Shown here: positions 26,955-35,763 of the stretch, one piece after another
Position numbering within the stretch: the stretch's first letter is position 1
How the letters are laid out: each line of letters opens with the position of its first letter
Source of the DNA: a virus
Reading direction: 5' to 3' (one strand)
Length of the DNA stretch: 64,000 bases
IMG/VR virus record: IMGVR_UViG_3300025584_000449
Coordinates: 115,903-179,902 of that record
Position numbers and translations under genes: made by a program
The notes under the pieces: model-generated
Seen by the model: only the letters and a program-made list of their open reading frames with translations
What the model was told of the DNA's origin: nothing
The model's database searches: none

Positions 26955-28465
26955 TGCTGATTCCTTATTCTTTTATCACACATGAAGTTACAGAAAACTC
27001 CGCACTTTAGTTTGCCATTATCAAAGGTTTCAGCCTTGTATTCCTGAATTTCAACTAAAGTTTTAAACAAATGTGTCTTATCTAAAGGACAATCGATCTT
27101 TAAGTGTTGTCGTATTAAGCGTTTAAGATTTTCAGGCTTATTCTTGATAAGGCTATACAGTATCTTATTTTTCAAGTATTGCCTAATATAAGGCAATGCT
27201 GCATCTGGATTGTCCGTTGTATCCTTAATCATACTAATAATCTGATCATTTGGCAAGACTAATTTGAAATCATTTGGAGAAATATTTTCAAGTTCTTTAT
27301 TTATTCTATCTCTTAAATATTCTTCCTTATCCATACTGATACCTGGACGTCCTGTTCCATATCTATCAGCTATACGTAAATCAATGAGATTATGTATATT
27401 TTCTGGGCTAGCCCTATTGATCAATCTTCTAACAGCGGCACTTGATAAACGTCTAGATGCATCAAATAGGTGTAAATTAATTAAAGAAGTTATTTGTCTA
27501 ATAAAATCTTTCTTAAATCCCCATTTAAATAAAATGCGTTCTGCTAGGAAAGAGCTCGCCTTTTCATGTCCATAGAAATGAATCTCATTTTTAGTATTAT
27601 AAGTCATACATTGCGGCTTACCTATATCATGTAATAACGCAGTTGTTCTTATAATCTTACATCTTGGATGAGATAATTTTACAGAGTCTATTGCATACAT
27701 TAGATGTTGATACACATCTAAATTCTTTCTTTTGTTAGTCTGCTCGATTCCAACACATAAAAGAAGTTCTGGAAAGAAATCATCCAGAACTTTTGTAGAC
27801 CTAAGTATGTTAAATACTTTACTAGGTATTTCTACTCTAGTAAAGATTTTATTTACTTCTCTGTATACCTGAGTAGAATGTGTTAATGCTAGTTTGAGTC
27901 TGTAATCCTTTATAGCCTCATGTGTCTTATGCTCTAGCTTCCACCCCGTTCCTAACACTCCTGCTAAAACAGGCCCACGTAATATTCTAATCTTAGATTC
28001 TAGAATTCTATTATATGGGTTTCCTACAAAGCGTATTAGCTTGTTCTCTATATCCTTTTTACCGTTATGATAATCATACCATTTATTTTTTAATGGATCA
28101 AAATAAAGTGCATTGATAGTAAAGTCTCTAGAGTTTGAATCCTCTTTTAAAGAGGTTGTATATTCAAACTTATAGTAAGTATTATCAAGAGTTACTTTCT
28201 TTAGTGGGTATAAATTTATGTATAATCCTTTATACATAATAGTTACGTAAGTTAAAAATGGATCTGAATGTTTGATCTTATTTTTAAACTTAGCTTGTAA
28301 TTCTTGCATGTTAGAAACTACCGCAAAGTCATAACTCATAATAGTTCGGCTTAACTTTAAATCTCTTGCGGTACCACCACAAACATATGATTTTATATCA
28401 TGCAATAATAGATAGCGTGCAATATTTTCTAGCATATTACTTACCACCTTTCCACTTCGCACCAC
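26951..28465 (-). CDS. CCA-adding/poly(A) polymerase-family protein with HD domain; nucleotidyltransferase motifs are degenerate
   Basis: GGTARD, RDFTINALY, IRFVGNP, RILR; HD domain VYQH...LLHDIGKP...GHE...H...D. Confidence 0.85.
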   Translation of the reverse strand: MVRSGKVVSNMLENIARYLLLHDIKSYVCGGTARDLKLSRTIMSYDFAVVSNMQELQAKFKNKIKHSDPFLTYVTIMYKGLYINLYPLKKVTLDNTYYKFEYTTSLKEDSNSRDFTINALYFDPLKNKWYDYHNGKKDIENKLIRFVGNPYNRILESKIRILRGPVLAGVLGTGWKLEHKTHEAIKDYRLKLALTHSTQVYREVNKIFTRVEIPSKVFNILRSTKVLDDFFPELLLCVGIEQTNKRKNLDVYQHLMYAIDSVKLSHPRCKIIRTTALLHDIGKPQCMTYNTKNEIHFYGHEKASSFLAERILFKWGFKKDFIRQITSLINLHLFDASRRLSSAAVRRLINRASPENIHNLIDLRIADRYGTGRPGISMDKEEYLRDRINKELENISPNDFKLVLPNDQIISMIKDTTDNPDAALPYIRQYLKNKILYSLIKNKPENLKRLIRQHLKIDCPLDKTHLFKTLVEIQEYKAETFDNGKLKCGVFCNFMCDKRIRNQQ

Positions 28466-28811
28466 AAAAATCTGTTACATCCTTTATACTTCTAACACGA
28501 GATCTAAGTTTATGGTTTTTACATAGACATGTTATATGAGTATAATCATACTCACCGCTATCACGAGCTATGGTGAGAGATTGTTGTCTTGTCTTACCCT
28601 CTATTTGAGGAACGGTCCAACGTGCTCTTCTACTTTTATCTCGCTCTGCTTTCTTTACGTGCTCTACACAGCACAAACCTCTACGAGCTGACCCATAATA
28701 TACAAAGTATATACAATTACCACAACATTTTACAATTCTATGTCCAGGACGATTTTTTTCTCTTTTTGCTATTTTGTCTTTGTTTTCTAAAATATCGTCT
28801 TCGTCAAACAT
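28437..28811 (-). CDS. Cys-rich hypothetical protein
   Basis: CCGNC, LCC, CLC and FC motifs. Confidence 0.5.
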   Translation of the reverse strand: MFDEDDILENKDKIAKREKNRPGHRIVKCCGNCIYFVYYGSARRGLCCVEHVKKAERDKSRRARWTVPQIEGKTRQQSLTIARDSGEYDYTHITCLCKNHKLRSRVRSIKDVTDFCGAKWKGGK

Positions 28812-28814
28812 GTC

Positions 28815-29822
28815 TTATCCTAATAGGTGTGGTTTTGATTCTGCTATTCCAGCATTGGTTACTTCCATAAATTCTGCACGTTCTTGGAATGATTTAATAT
28901 CAATAGCACCGACATAAGACATTGCTGATCTTAGCCCATACATTAAATCATCTATGATACGTTCTACTTTTCCTTTATACGGAATTTGTTTAGAGTTACC
29001 TTCAATGTTCTTTACCTCTTCGCCTCTAGCTTTTTTAGCTGAGGCCGAGGCGGATCCCCTGTACTCTTTAAATAATACTTCATTCGGCCAAGTTCCTTGA
29101 CGCTTAATATCTCCAGGACTTTCTTTTGTACCAGCTAATAAAGATCCTAAGATTACTGTATCTGCCCCTGCTGCAATAGCTTTTGCAAAGTCACCTGGGG
29201 TTCTAATTCCTCCACATGAAATAATAGGTGTATTTCCAGATACTTTTTTAATCTCCTGTAAAGCCGTAATCTGCGGAACTCCGCAGCCTGTTTTAACTCT
29301 AGTCTCACACAATGAGCCATTGCCCTGACCAACTCTTAAAGCATCGGCTCCCCAAGCTATTAAAGCTTCTGCGGCTTCAGCAGTCGAGATAGACCCAGCA
29401 ATAAATGGTATAGTTGGATATAATGGTTTAAGACGTTTAAGAGCGTTCTCTACCAACATGTGATGTCCGTGTGCTACGTCTATTAATATAACAGTAGCTC
29501 CAGCGTCTATTAGTTTACTAGTGTGTAATCTATAATCTCCTGTTACTCCTATAGTTCCACCAACTCGTCCACATGATTTTTCTATACATGCGACCTGTTC
29601 TTCAATTGGCATAAACCTGTGGATAAATCCAATTCCACCTAAATCTCCTAGTTTATCTGCCATAGCTTGCTCTGTTACAGTATCCATAGGGGATCCAATT
29701 ATTGGTATACGTAGTCCACTAGTACCTGCCAAAATAGTATCAGTATTACATGAATCCCTTGAGTCTATTTTGCTATATCTAGGAATGATGGTTACATCGT
29801 CAAATGTTAATGCTTTTTTCAT
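28815..29822 (-). CDS. IMP dehydrogenase/GMP reductase family enzyme without CBS domains
   Basis: LTFDDV, SPMDTVTE, DVAHGH, GNGSLCETR (catalytic Cys), GGIRTPGD, YRGSAS, GLRSAMSYVG. Confidence 0.92.
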   Translation of the reverse strand: MKKALTFDDVTIIPRYSKIDSRDSCNTDTILAGTSGLRIPIIGSPMDTVTEQAMADKLGDLGGIGFIHRFMPIEEQVACIEKSCGRVGGTIGVTGDYRLHTSKLIDAGATVILIDVAHGHHMLVENALKRLKPLYPTIPFIAGSISTAEAAEALIAWGADALRVGQGNGSLCETRVKTGCGVPQITALQEIKKVSGNTPIISCGGIRTPGDFAKAIAAGADTVILGSLLAGTKESPGDIKRQGTWPNEVLFKEYRGSASASAKKARGEEVKNIEGNSKQIPYKGKVERIIDDLMYGLRSAMSYVGAIDIKSFQERAEFMEVTNAGIAESKPHLLG

Positions 29823-30337
29823 TTGTGCAGTTTACCTTTAATGTGCGTAATTTCATGTTGGCAAATCTTAGCCCAAGGGCCTTGCTTGCCGTAGAATTTA
29901 ATTGTTTGTAGCTCGGGATTATCTAATTCTTGGAATTGGATAGTTGCATTGAGTTTTCTCTTTACATCAAACACCACGTCTGGCTGGCTAAGACACCCCT
30001 CAGTGCTTCTATAAGTTTTACCGTTTGTAACAACTACAGGGTTAATAAACTCTTTCCATCCCCAAGTATCTTTTTCTTCCCCAGGCCATATCATAATTAA
30101 GACAGAGGGACAGGGGGAGTCTTTATCCCAAATTTGATTTGCAGCGATACCAAGACATTGCTCTGTTCCTATATCTGTAGCAGTGTCTTTCATATTAGTA
30201 ACTAGGTCAACTAACTCTTGTGGCCAATACTTATGAGTTGACATTGGCGAGTCAAGAACAGTGTCTACATTTACACATTTAGTTGTTAGTTGCTTTCGAC
30301 CATCTTTATCTGTTGCCAGATTAATTGGTTTGATCAT
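29819..30337 (-). CDS. def: Peptide deformylase
   Basis: CLGIAANQI, EGCLS, QHEITH. Confidence 0.85.
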   Translation of the reverse strand: MIKPINLATDKDGRKQLTTKCVNVDTVLDSPMSTHKYWPQELVDLVTNMKDTATDIGTEQCLGIAANQIWDKDSPCPSVLIMIWPGEEKDTWGWKEFINPVVVTNGKTYRSTEGCLSQPDVVFDVKRKLNATIQFQELDNPELQTIKFYGKQGPWAKICQHEITHIKGKLHK

Positions 30338-31704
30338 AATTTTCTAAGAATCCTTCTTCGTTTTAAGAACTGTCTATGTAGAAGATCGACTTTTTTATCA
30401 TCAAAGTCAACCATTATTGCAGAGTTTTTTCCTTTAGCTTTTCTCATCAATCTGCCAGCAGTTTGTTTAATTTTAATTTCAGACTGCATTGGTCCTGCTA
30501 GAAAAACTATTTCTAAATGAGGGATATTTATTCCAGTACTAAATAACCCATAAGTAGAAATAACTATGTTTTTCTTTTTAAGTAATAAATCTTCCATTAC
30601 TTGTTTTCTATTTTTCTTTGTCATCTTAGAAGTCAATATAACAGAATCTTTAATTTTGTCCTGTAAATATTCAACTTGAGATAGTCTGGAACATAGAATA
30701 CAAATTGGTTTATCTTTATAGTCTTTTAGAGTTTCTAATATTAGATTATTTCTTTCTTCATCTAAACTTAAATCCGACACCATGTCTTGGTATTCGGAGG
30801 TTTGCATAAGAGGAAAATAATAATCAGTTTGAATTTCTCTTAAGTCTGGCTTCATTAAAACTTTTTTTAATCTATCTTTATCAACAACATGAATTCTAGG
30901 ACCAGTAGCAAAGAATATAACATTTGTAAGACCATCTTCTCTTTTAGGAGTAGCCGAGAATCCAAATTTATATTTTGCTTTAAGCTCTGTCATCACATTA
31001 TAATAAGAGTCTGCAGCTATTATATGTGTTTCGTCACAAATGATTTGTCCAAACTTCTCATTTATTAAATCTATTTTACTAAAACCATCATCAGTCTTTA
31101 TAAATGATGCTAGACTTTGTAGTAACCCTACCGTTATAGGTTTTACTTTAAATGTGCCACCGCCGATAAATCCAATAGCATCTTCTGACACATTTAAATA
31201 TTCTGCAATAGCAGCTCTTGTTTGATTTGCTAGTTCCGTGGTGTGAACTAATACTAAAGTATTCTGTCTTCGTCTTAATATAAGTTCAGCAAAAGCTATA
31301 GTCTTGCCAGATCCAGTCATTGCCTCTACTACGCCAACACTTTTTTCCATACAAGCAGAAACTATCTCCTCTTGATAATCTCTTAATTTAAATCCTTTAT
31401 GAGGTTTTAATTTAGAAAAATATGCTTCGGATGTATGGGTTACTCTATTGTCTATTATGTCTGCTTTAGACATTGAGTAGGAAAATGTAGATGTAATATA
31501 TGGCAATGCGCCTATAGGAACTAGTAGTCTGTCTCCGTGGTGCTTATAAAAAGTTAAGTATTTTGTTATCTTGTGAGCATTTAATCCTAGCCTGGTAAGT
31601 TCAATGAGCTTAGGATTAGATATTGTTAAATATCTTTTTATGTGCTCTGTTTGAGATCTTGTCAGGTCAGTAATAATTGCTAAGTTCGTTATATGTATTA
31701 TCAT
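30334..31704 (-). CDS. SF2 DEAD/DEAH helicase (ResIII/UvsW-like)
   Basis: LRDYQ, TGSGKT, DETH, SAT, GINIP, QTAGRLMR. Confidence 0.93.
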   Translation of the reverse strand: MIIHITNLAIITDLTRSQTEHIKRYLTISNPKLIELTRLGLNAHKITKYLTFYKHHGDRLLVPIGALPYITSTFSYSMSKADIIDNRVTHTSEAYFSKLKPHKGFKLRDYQEEIVSACMEKSVGVVEAMTGSGKTIAFAELILRRRQNTLVLVHTTELANQTRAAIAEYLNVSEDAIGFIGGGTFKVKPITVGLLQSLASFIKTDDGFSKIDLINEKFGQIICDETHIIAADSYYNVMTELKAKYKFGFSATPKREDGLTNVIFFATGPRIHVVDKDRLKKVLMKPDLREIQTDYYFPLMQTSEYQDMVSDLSLDEERNNLILETLKDYKDKPICILCSRLSQVEYLQDKIKDSVILTSKMTKKNRKQVMEDLLLKKKNIVISTYGLFSTGINIPHLEIVFLAGPMQSEIKIKQTAGRLMRKAKGKNSAIMVDFDDKKVDLLHRQFLKRRRILRKL

Positions 31705-31710
31705 AAGTAT

Positions 31711-31739
31711 AGTATAAAAAATTGAGCTTTAGATATCAA
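31711..31739 (-). promoter_or_regulatory. Leftward promoter of the replication arm; predicted +1 coincides with the helicase ATG
   Basis: TTGATA-N17-TATACT-N6-ATG(31704). Confidence 0.7.
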
Positions 31740-31784
31740 GAGGTACTGTCATTATATTTCTTATACCAAAATATCATTGTGTAC

Positions 31785-31813
31785 TTGACCTAAGCTTCTT
31801 AGTATACTATATT
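31785..31813 (+). promoter_or_regulatory. Rightward promoter of the tail module
   Basis: TTGACC-N17-TATATT in the divergent intergenic region. Confidence 0.7.
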
Positions 31814-31848
31814 TATATATAACATTTAACTTTAACCGGAAATAACTA

Positions 31849-32259
31849 ATGGGAAAATATTTAGAACAAATCGTAGACATAGGATACGCCACAGAAACCT
31901 TTGAGTTTTTAGGAGGAAAAGCTACTTATACTTTACGTAGTATAAGTGCTGACATACAGCTGGAAGTCGAACATTACATGAAAAGCGTGGATGGTGGAAC
32001 TGCAATAGTACTACACACTTACAGCATTGAGCTACTAGCCAGACTACTGGAAAAATACAATAACGTAGCTGCAGATGATGTAGATAAAAATAGACTGTTA
32101 TTAGGAAATCAGCCAACATCTTTAATTGATAGCCTAGTTGAGAAGTGGCAAGAGTTCGAAAAGCTTGTCGCTAAAGAAGTTACAGGAGAAGAGATTGAGA
32201 ACACTTTTTTCGAGACCGCCTCAACTTCTTCAGACTCAGAGCAAAAGCCAACGGAATAA
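31849..32259 (+). CDS. Tail assembly chaperone (gpG-like)
   Basis: 136-aa acidic protein directly upstream of the tape measure gene, with a slippery site near its 3' end. Confidence 0.75.
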   Translation: MGKYLEQIVDIGYATETFEFLGGKATYTLRSISADIQLEVEHYMKSVDGGTAIVLHTYSIELLARLLEKYNNVAADDVDKNRLLLGNQPTSLIDSLVEKWQEFEKLVAKEVTGEEIENTFFETASTSSDSEQKPTE

Positions 32260-32621
32260 ATCCTGGACCAAAGGGTAGTTTAGAAGAAACTGTAATAATA
32301 CAATATCTATCTAGAGAAGATAATATTGAAAATTTAAGATTTAACTTATTATTACAGTCCAACCTATTAGATGCAAGCAATGCTCAAGATGTTGAGGCTT
32401 TTAATAGAGTATTACAAGAATATAATGATGTAATATCTCTTAAGCCTAAAAAGACTTTCAAGACACAAGAACTAATGAATGATATGAAGAGTTTAAATAA
32501 AAAAGGATTCTTCGGAGTAAAAGTAAAAGCTAAAAAAGCTGGAAAACATATAGAAAGTGATTTTCAAAAGGATGTTTCAGCCCTCGCTAAGGACGTAACT
32601 CATGGCAGAAGAAGTACTTAA
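32205..32621 (+). CDS. -1 frameshift extension of the tail chaperone (gpGT-like, about 257 aa in total); not in the ORF track
   Basis: In-phase heptamer T TTT TTC at 32205-32211. The -1 frame is open from there to TAA at 32619-32621 (RDRLNFFRLRAKANGINPGPKGSLEE...) and fills the 340-nt gap before the tape measure gene. Confidence 0.8.
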   Translation, partial: FFRDRLNFFRLRAKANGINPGPKGSLEETVIIQYLSREDNIENLRFNLLLQSNLLDASNAQDVEAFNRVLQEYNDVISLKPKKTFKTQELMNDMKSLNKKGFFGVKVKAKKAGKHIESDFQKDVSALAKDVTHGRRST

Positions 32622-35600
32622 GTATAAAATTGAAATAGATGATGCAGATTTAGCTAGTCAATTATTTAATATAAGAGACCAAGTTAATGGCGCCTTGATG
32701 GGCGAAGGTGGTGGATTCGGCAGTGGTAGATATATAGCACCACTTAATCAGCTCAATGACTCCATGTCAAAGAAGAGTGTGGTTGATTATATAGCCGACC
32801 TATCAGATAAATTTCAACAAGGATCTGGTAATTTTTCTGCGTCTTTATCAGAATTTCGTGAAGGGGTTGAACATGGAATGCAAATGTTTAACCAAACTCG
32901 TGCTTCTTTAGGACTAACTAATAGCCCTATAATGGATATTCCTTATGGCCCAACAAATCAATATAATCAACTTTTAAACAATATAGGCGAAAGAAGCTTC
33001 TTTAGCTCAGTCGCTGGTGCGGCTGTTGGTGCTGGCTATAACAATGATATGCCAATGTCAAAAGGAGAATATAGACTTAAAAGCTCTCAAGGTATTTTTA
33101 GTGCAAAAGGAATAGCGGAGGGACTTCTTGGAGCCGGAAGTGGTGCTATTGGGTTAGGGGCTGGAGCCATAGCTGGCGCCGCAGCTGGATCGGCAGGCGG
33201 GCCTGTGGGGATTGGCGTTGGTCTTGCTGTTGGGTTGGGCTTAGATTTAGTAGGCAGTACTTTAGCTAAAAATGAGAGACAGGCCATGGATATGGGTGGT
33301 GCTATAAAAGCACTTTCTGGGTCATTTACTGGGCCAGAATTTTCAAGTTCTGATGCAACGAGTGCAGCTAGAAGTATATTAAATACTAGATTTGATAAAG
33401 AACCTTTAATTAAAGGTATCGACTCAGATGAAATTCAAAGAGATATTTTAGGATTTGCTAATGCAGGAGGATACTCTGGAACTAGTTCACCAGATGCTTT
33501 TATAAAAACTACTAAAGATTTAATAAAAAATACTAAAGAAGTAATGGACGCCCTTAGAGTATCTCGAGATGAGGCCGTTAAGTTTATGGCAGGAATGCAG
33601 GGCCTAGGTATAAGTGTAGGCCAATCTGGAGATTATGCGAATACTATTCGTGGAGTTAGTATAGCTACCGGAAGTTCTCCAGAAAGAATGTTAAATTATC
33701 TACAACAAGGTTCTGCCGGATTAGGACAAATGGGAGTCGACGCTATCCCTGCTCAAAGTATGTTACTACAAACGAGAATGCAGGCAGAAGCTTTAAAAGA
33801 AAGCCCATTAGGACGAGAAACTATAAGAAGGTATGGTGGTGTAGAAAATGCTTCTATGGCTATGGCACAACAACAGACTCAATACGCCACCACTCCATTA
33901 GGAATGATGGCTTATGGTGGAATAGAAGCTGGAGCTTTTAATTTTAATGATCAATTTATTGCATTCTCAAATAAGTATAGTGACGACCCTACTAGTTATT
34001 TTGGAGATTTATATACTGCGCCAAATAGAGCTGCTAATATAAATCATTATGCAGCCAATGCCGCAAGAATGGCACCATTTATTGAGCAGTATACAGACTT
34101 TGGTATAACTGATGAAAATACTATGAAGCAGTTCATGCTACAGTCAGGCAGATTCAAAGGCGGTAGGGTTGAAATAGATGCCGCAATGGAAATGTTCAAA
34201 GAGGGGCCTGAACGATATCTTCAAGAGGTAGGTCAATTTGCTGTAGAAAAACAACAGCATGAGATTTTAAGTAATAAAGTTGGGATAGGTACCGGGATAA
34301 AAGCAGATATTAAATCTGGCTGGCATGATATGACATTCGGTATTACAGACACTGTTGGAAGAAGGTTCTTTGGTGGAATAACAAGAGCTATAAAAGGTAA
34401 ACTAGACGATGTTTCAACAAGCCTAGCTGGTCTTGAATCCGTTGAATTTAACACACCAAAGTTATTCTTAGGAGAAGATAGCGAAGAACTGACAGACATA
34501 GAAGAAGATTTCAATAAAATAATGGAGAGTCAGTCCTCAGCTAGTGCATCAAGAACTCTTCAAGTAGGAAAAAGAAATACTTTTTCTGCGATGTTTGCTG
34601 GAGCATATGCTAAAACATATACAGGAGAAGACGCAGAGGAACAAATAGAAGCTATAGAAGAATATAAAAGATTAAAAGAAGATCGATCTGGTGATGATTT
34701 ATTTATAGGCACGAGAGGTGCTGCTAAAGCTCGTAGAGCAATAACAGGCTTGGGAGCGTCGAGTGGAGCATTAGTTGGTTTTTCAGCAAGAGATACTAGA
34801 GCCTTCGAAACTGGAGCTCTATTAAAACAGGATCCGTCAAAGCAGATAGATTATTGGTCTATAAGAGGTTATGGTAAATATTGGGATGAGCTAATCATAG
34901 AAGAAAAAAGAAGAGTAAAAGGACACATGCATAGTGAGAAGGGGAATGAAGAGTTTTTGTTCATGGAAGTCATAAATGAATCAAACCAATCTGACACTAC
35001 TGAGGAAGCCTCTAGAACTTCATTAGCTATTTCCGTATTAGACCAAAGGATAGATGATAAGTTAGGTAAATACGATGACTTTAGTAATGCTTTTGAAAGT
35101 AGAGAAATTGGCGGCGATGATGACTTTAGTGGATTACGAGACATATTAAATGATATGGGCGGCGAAGAACTATTCATGGTTAAAGATGAAGAAGGCTTTA
35201 ATATGAATTGGTGGAACATAGATTTAGAAGCTATGGATAAACTAGCAACTGATGAGAATATAGGAAAGTTAACCACAGGCCAACGAGAGACATACTATAG
35301 ACAGCGAAGAGCTTTAGGCAAGTTCTCAGAAAAATATGGAAAACATAAAGACCTTGCAAAAAGACGAAGCTTTGGACATACTAAATTAAAGTTAGATAAA
35401 ATTAAGGGAGAAATGGGGGGAGGCGAAGTAACTAATGTGTTAAAAGCATTTGCTTCTACTGGTGGAAAATTCTATTTCGATAGCGATAATCCTCTATCTA
35501 TGGAAGACTTTGAAGGTCTTGCAGAACTAAGAGACTCTATGCTATCAGGAGAGTCCACAAGGGCAGAACTCCTAGCAAAAATTAATAATCCTAGCTCTAA

Positions 35601-35763
35601 ATTGTCTGATGAGGCAAAAGAAGCAGCACTAAAAGACTTTGGAGAGAGAACTGAAGTTCAACTTCTTAGCGATACCTACGATATGTGGAATCGCCTTATC
35701 CATCCTGACGGTGGACTAATAGTAACATATAATATAAAACATAGGAAAGATAAATTTAAATAA
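32602..35763 (+). CDS. Tape measure protein
   Basis: 1053 aa, helical, with a Gly/Ala-rich hydrophobic segment. Follows the chaperone frameshift pair. Confidence 0.75.
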   Translation: MAEEVLKYKIEIDDADLASQLFNIRDQVNGALMGEGGGFGSGRYIAPLNQLNDSMSKKSVVDYIADLSDKFQQGSGNFSASLSEFREGVEHGMQMFNQTRASLGLTNSPIMDIPYGPTNQYNQLLNNIGERSFFSSVAGAAVGAGYNNDMPMSKGEYRLKSSQGIFSAKGIAEGLLGAGSGAIGLGAGAIAGAAAGSAGGPVGIGVGLAVGLGLDLVGSTLAKNERQAMDMGGAIKALSGSFTGPEFSSSDATSAARSILNTRFDKEPLIKGIDSDEIQRDILGFANAGGYSGTSSPDAFIKTTKDLIKNTKEVMDALRVSRDEAVKFMAGMQGLGISVGQSGDYANTIRGVSIATGSSPERMLNYLQQGSAGLGQMGVDAIPAQSMLLQTRMQAEALKESPLGRETIRRYGGVENASMAMAQQQTQYATTPLGMMAYGGIEAGAFNFNDQFIAFSNKYSDDPTSYFGDLYTAPNRAANINHYAANAARMAPFIEQYTDFGITDENTMKQFMLQSGRFKGGRVEIDAAMEMFKEGPERYLQEVGQFAVEKQQHEILSNKVGIGTGIKADIKSGWHDMTFGITDTVGRRFFGGITRAIKGKLDDVSTSLAGLESVEFNTPKLFLGEDSEELTDIEEDFNKIMESQSSASASRTLQVGKRNTFSAMFAGAYAKTYTGEDAEEQIEAIEEYKRLKEDRSGDDLFIGTRGAAKARRAITGLGASSGALVGFSARDTRAFETGALLKQDPSKQIDYWSIRGYGKYWDELIIEEKRRVKGHMHSEKGNEEFLFMEVINESNQSDTTEEASRTSLAISVLDQRIDDKLGKYDDFSNAFESREIGGDDDFSGLRDILNDMGGEELFMVKDEEGFNMNWWNIDLEAMDKLATDENIGKLTTGQRETYYRQRRALGKFSEKYGKHKDLAKRRSFGHTKLKLDKIKGEMGGGEVTNVLKAFASTGGKFYFDSDNPLSMEDFEGLAELRDSMLSGESTRAELLAKINNPSSKLSDEAKEAALKDFGERTEVQLLSDTYDMWNRLIHPDGGLIVTYNIKHRKDKFK

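Noticed and set aside
1690-32119. Short opposite-strand ORFs in the track (for example 1690-1989, 8202-8438, 11031-11402, 14594-14881, 25835-26245, 27264-27575, 31922-32119)
   Set aside because: They lie antisense to well-supported genes, have no motifs and show the composition typical of shadow frames.
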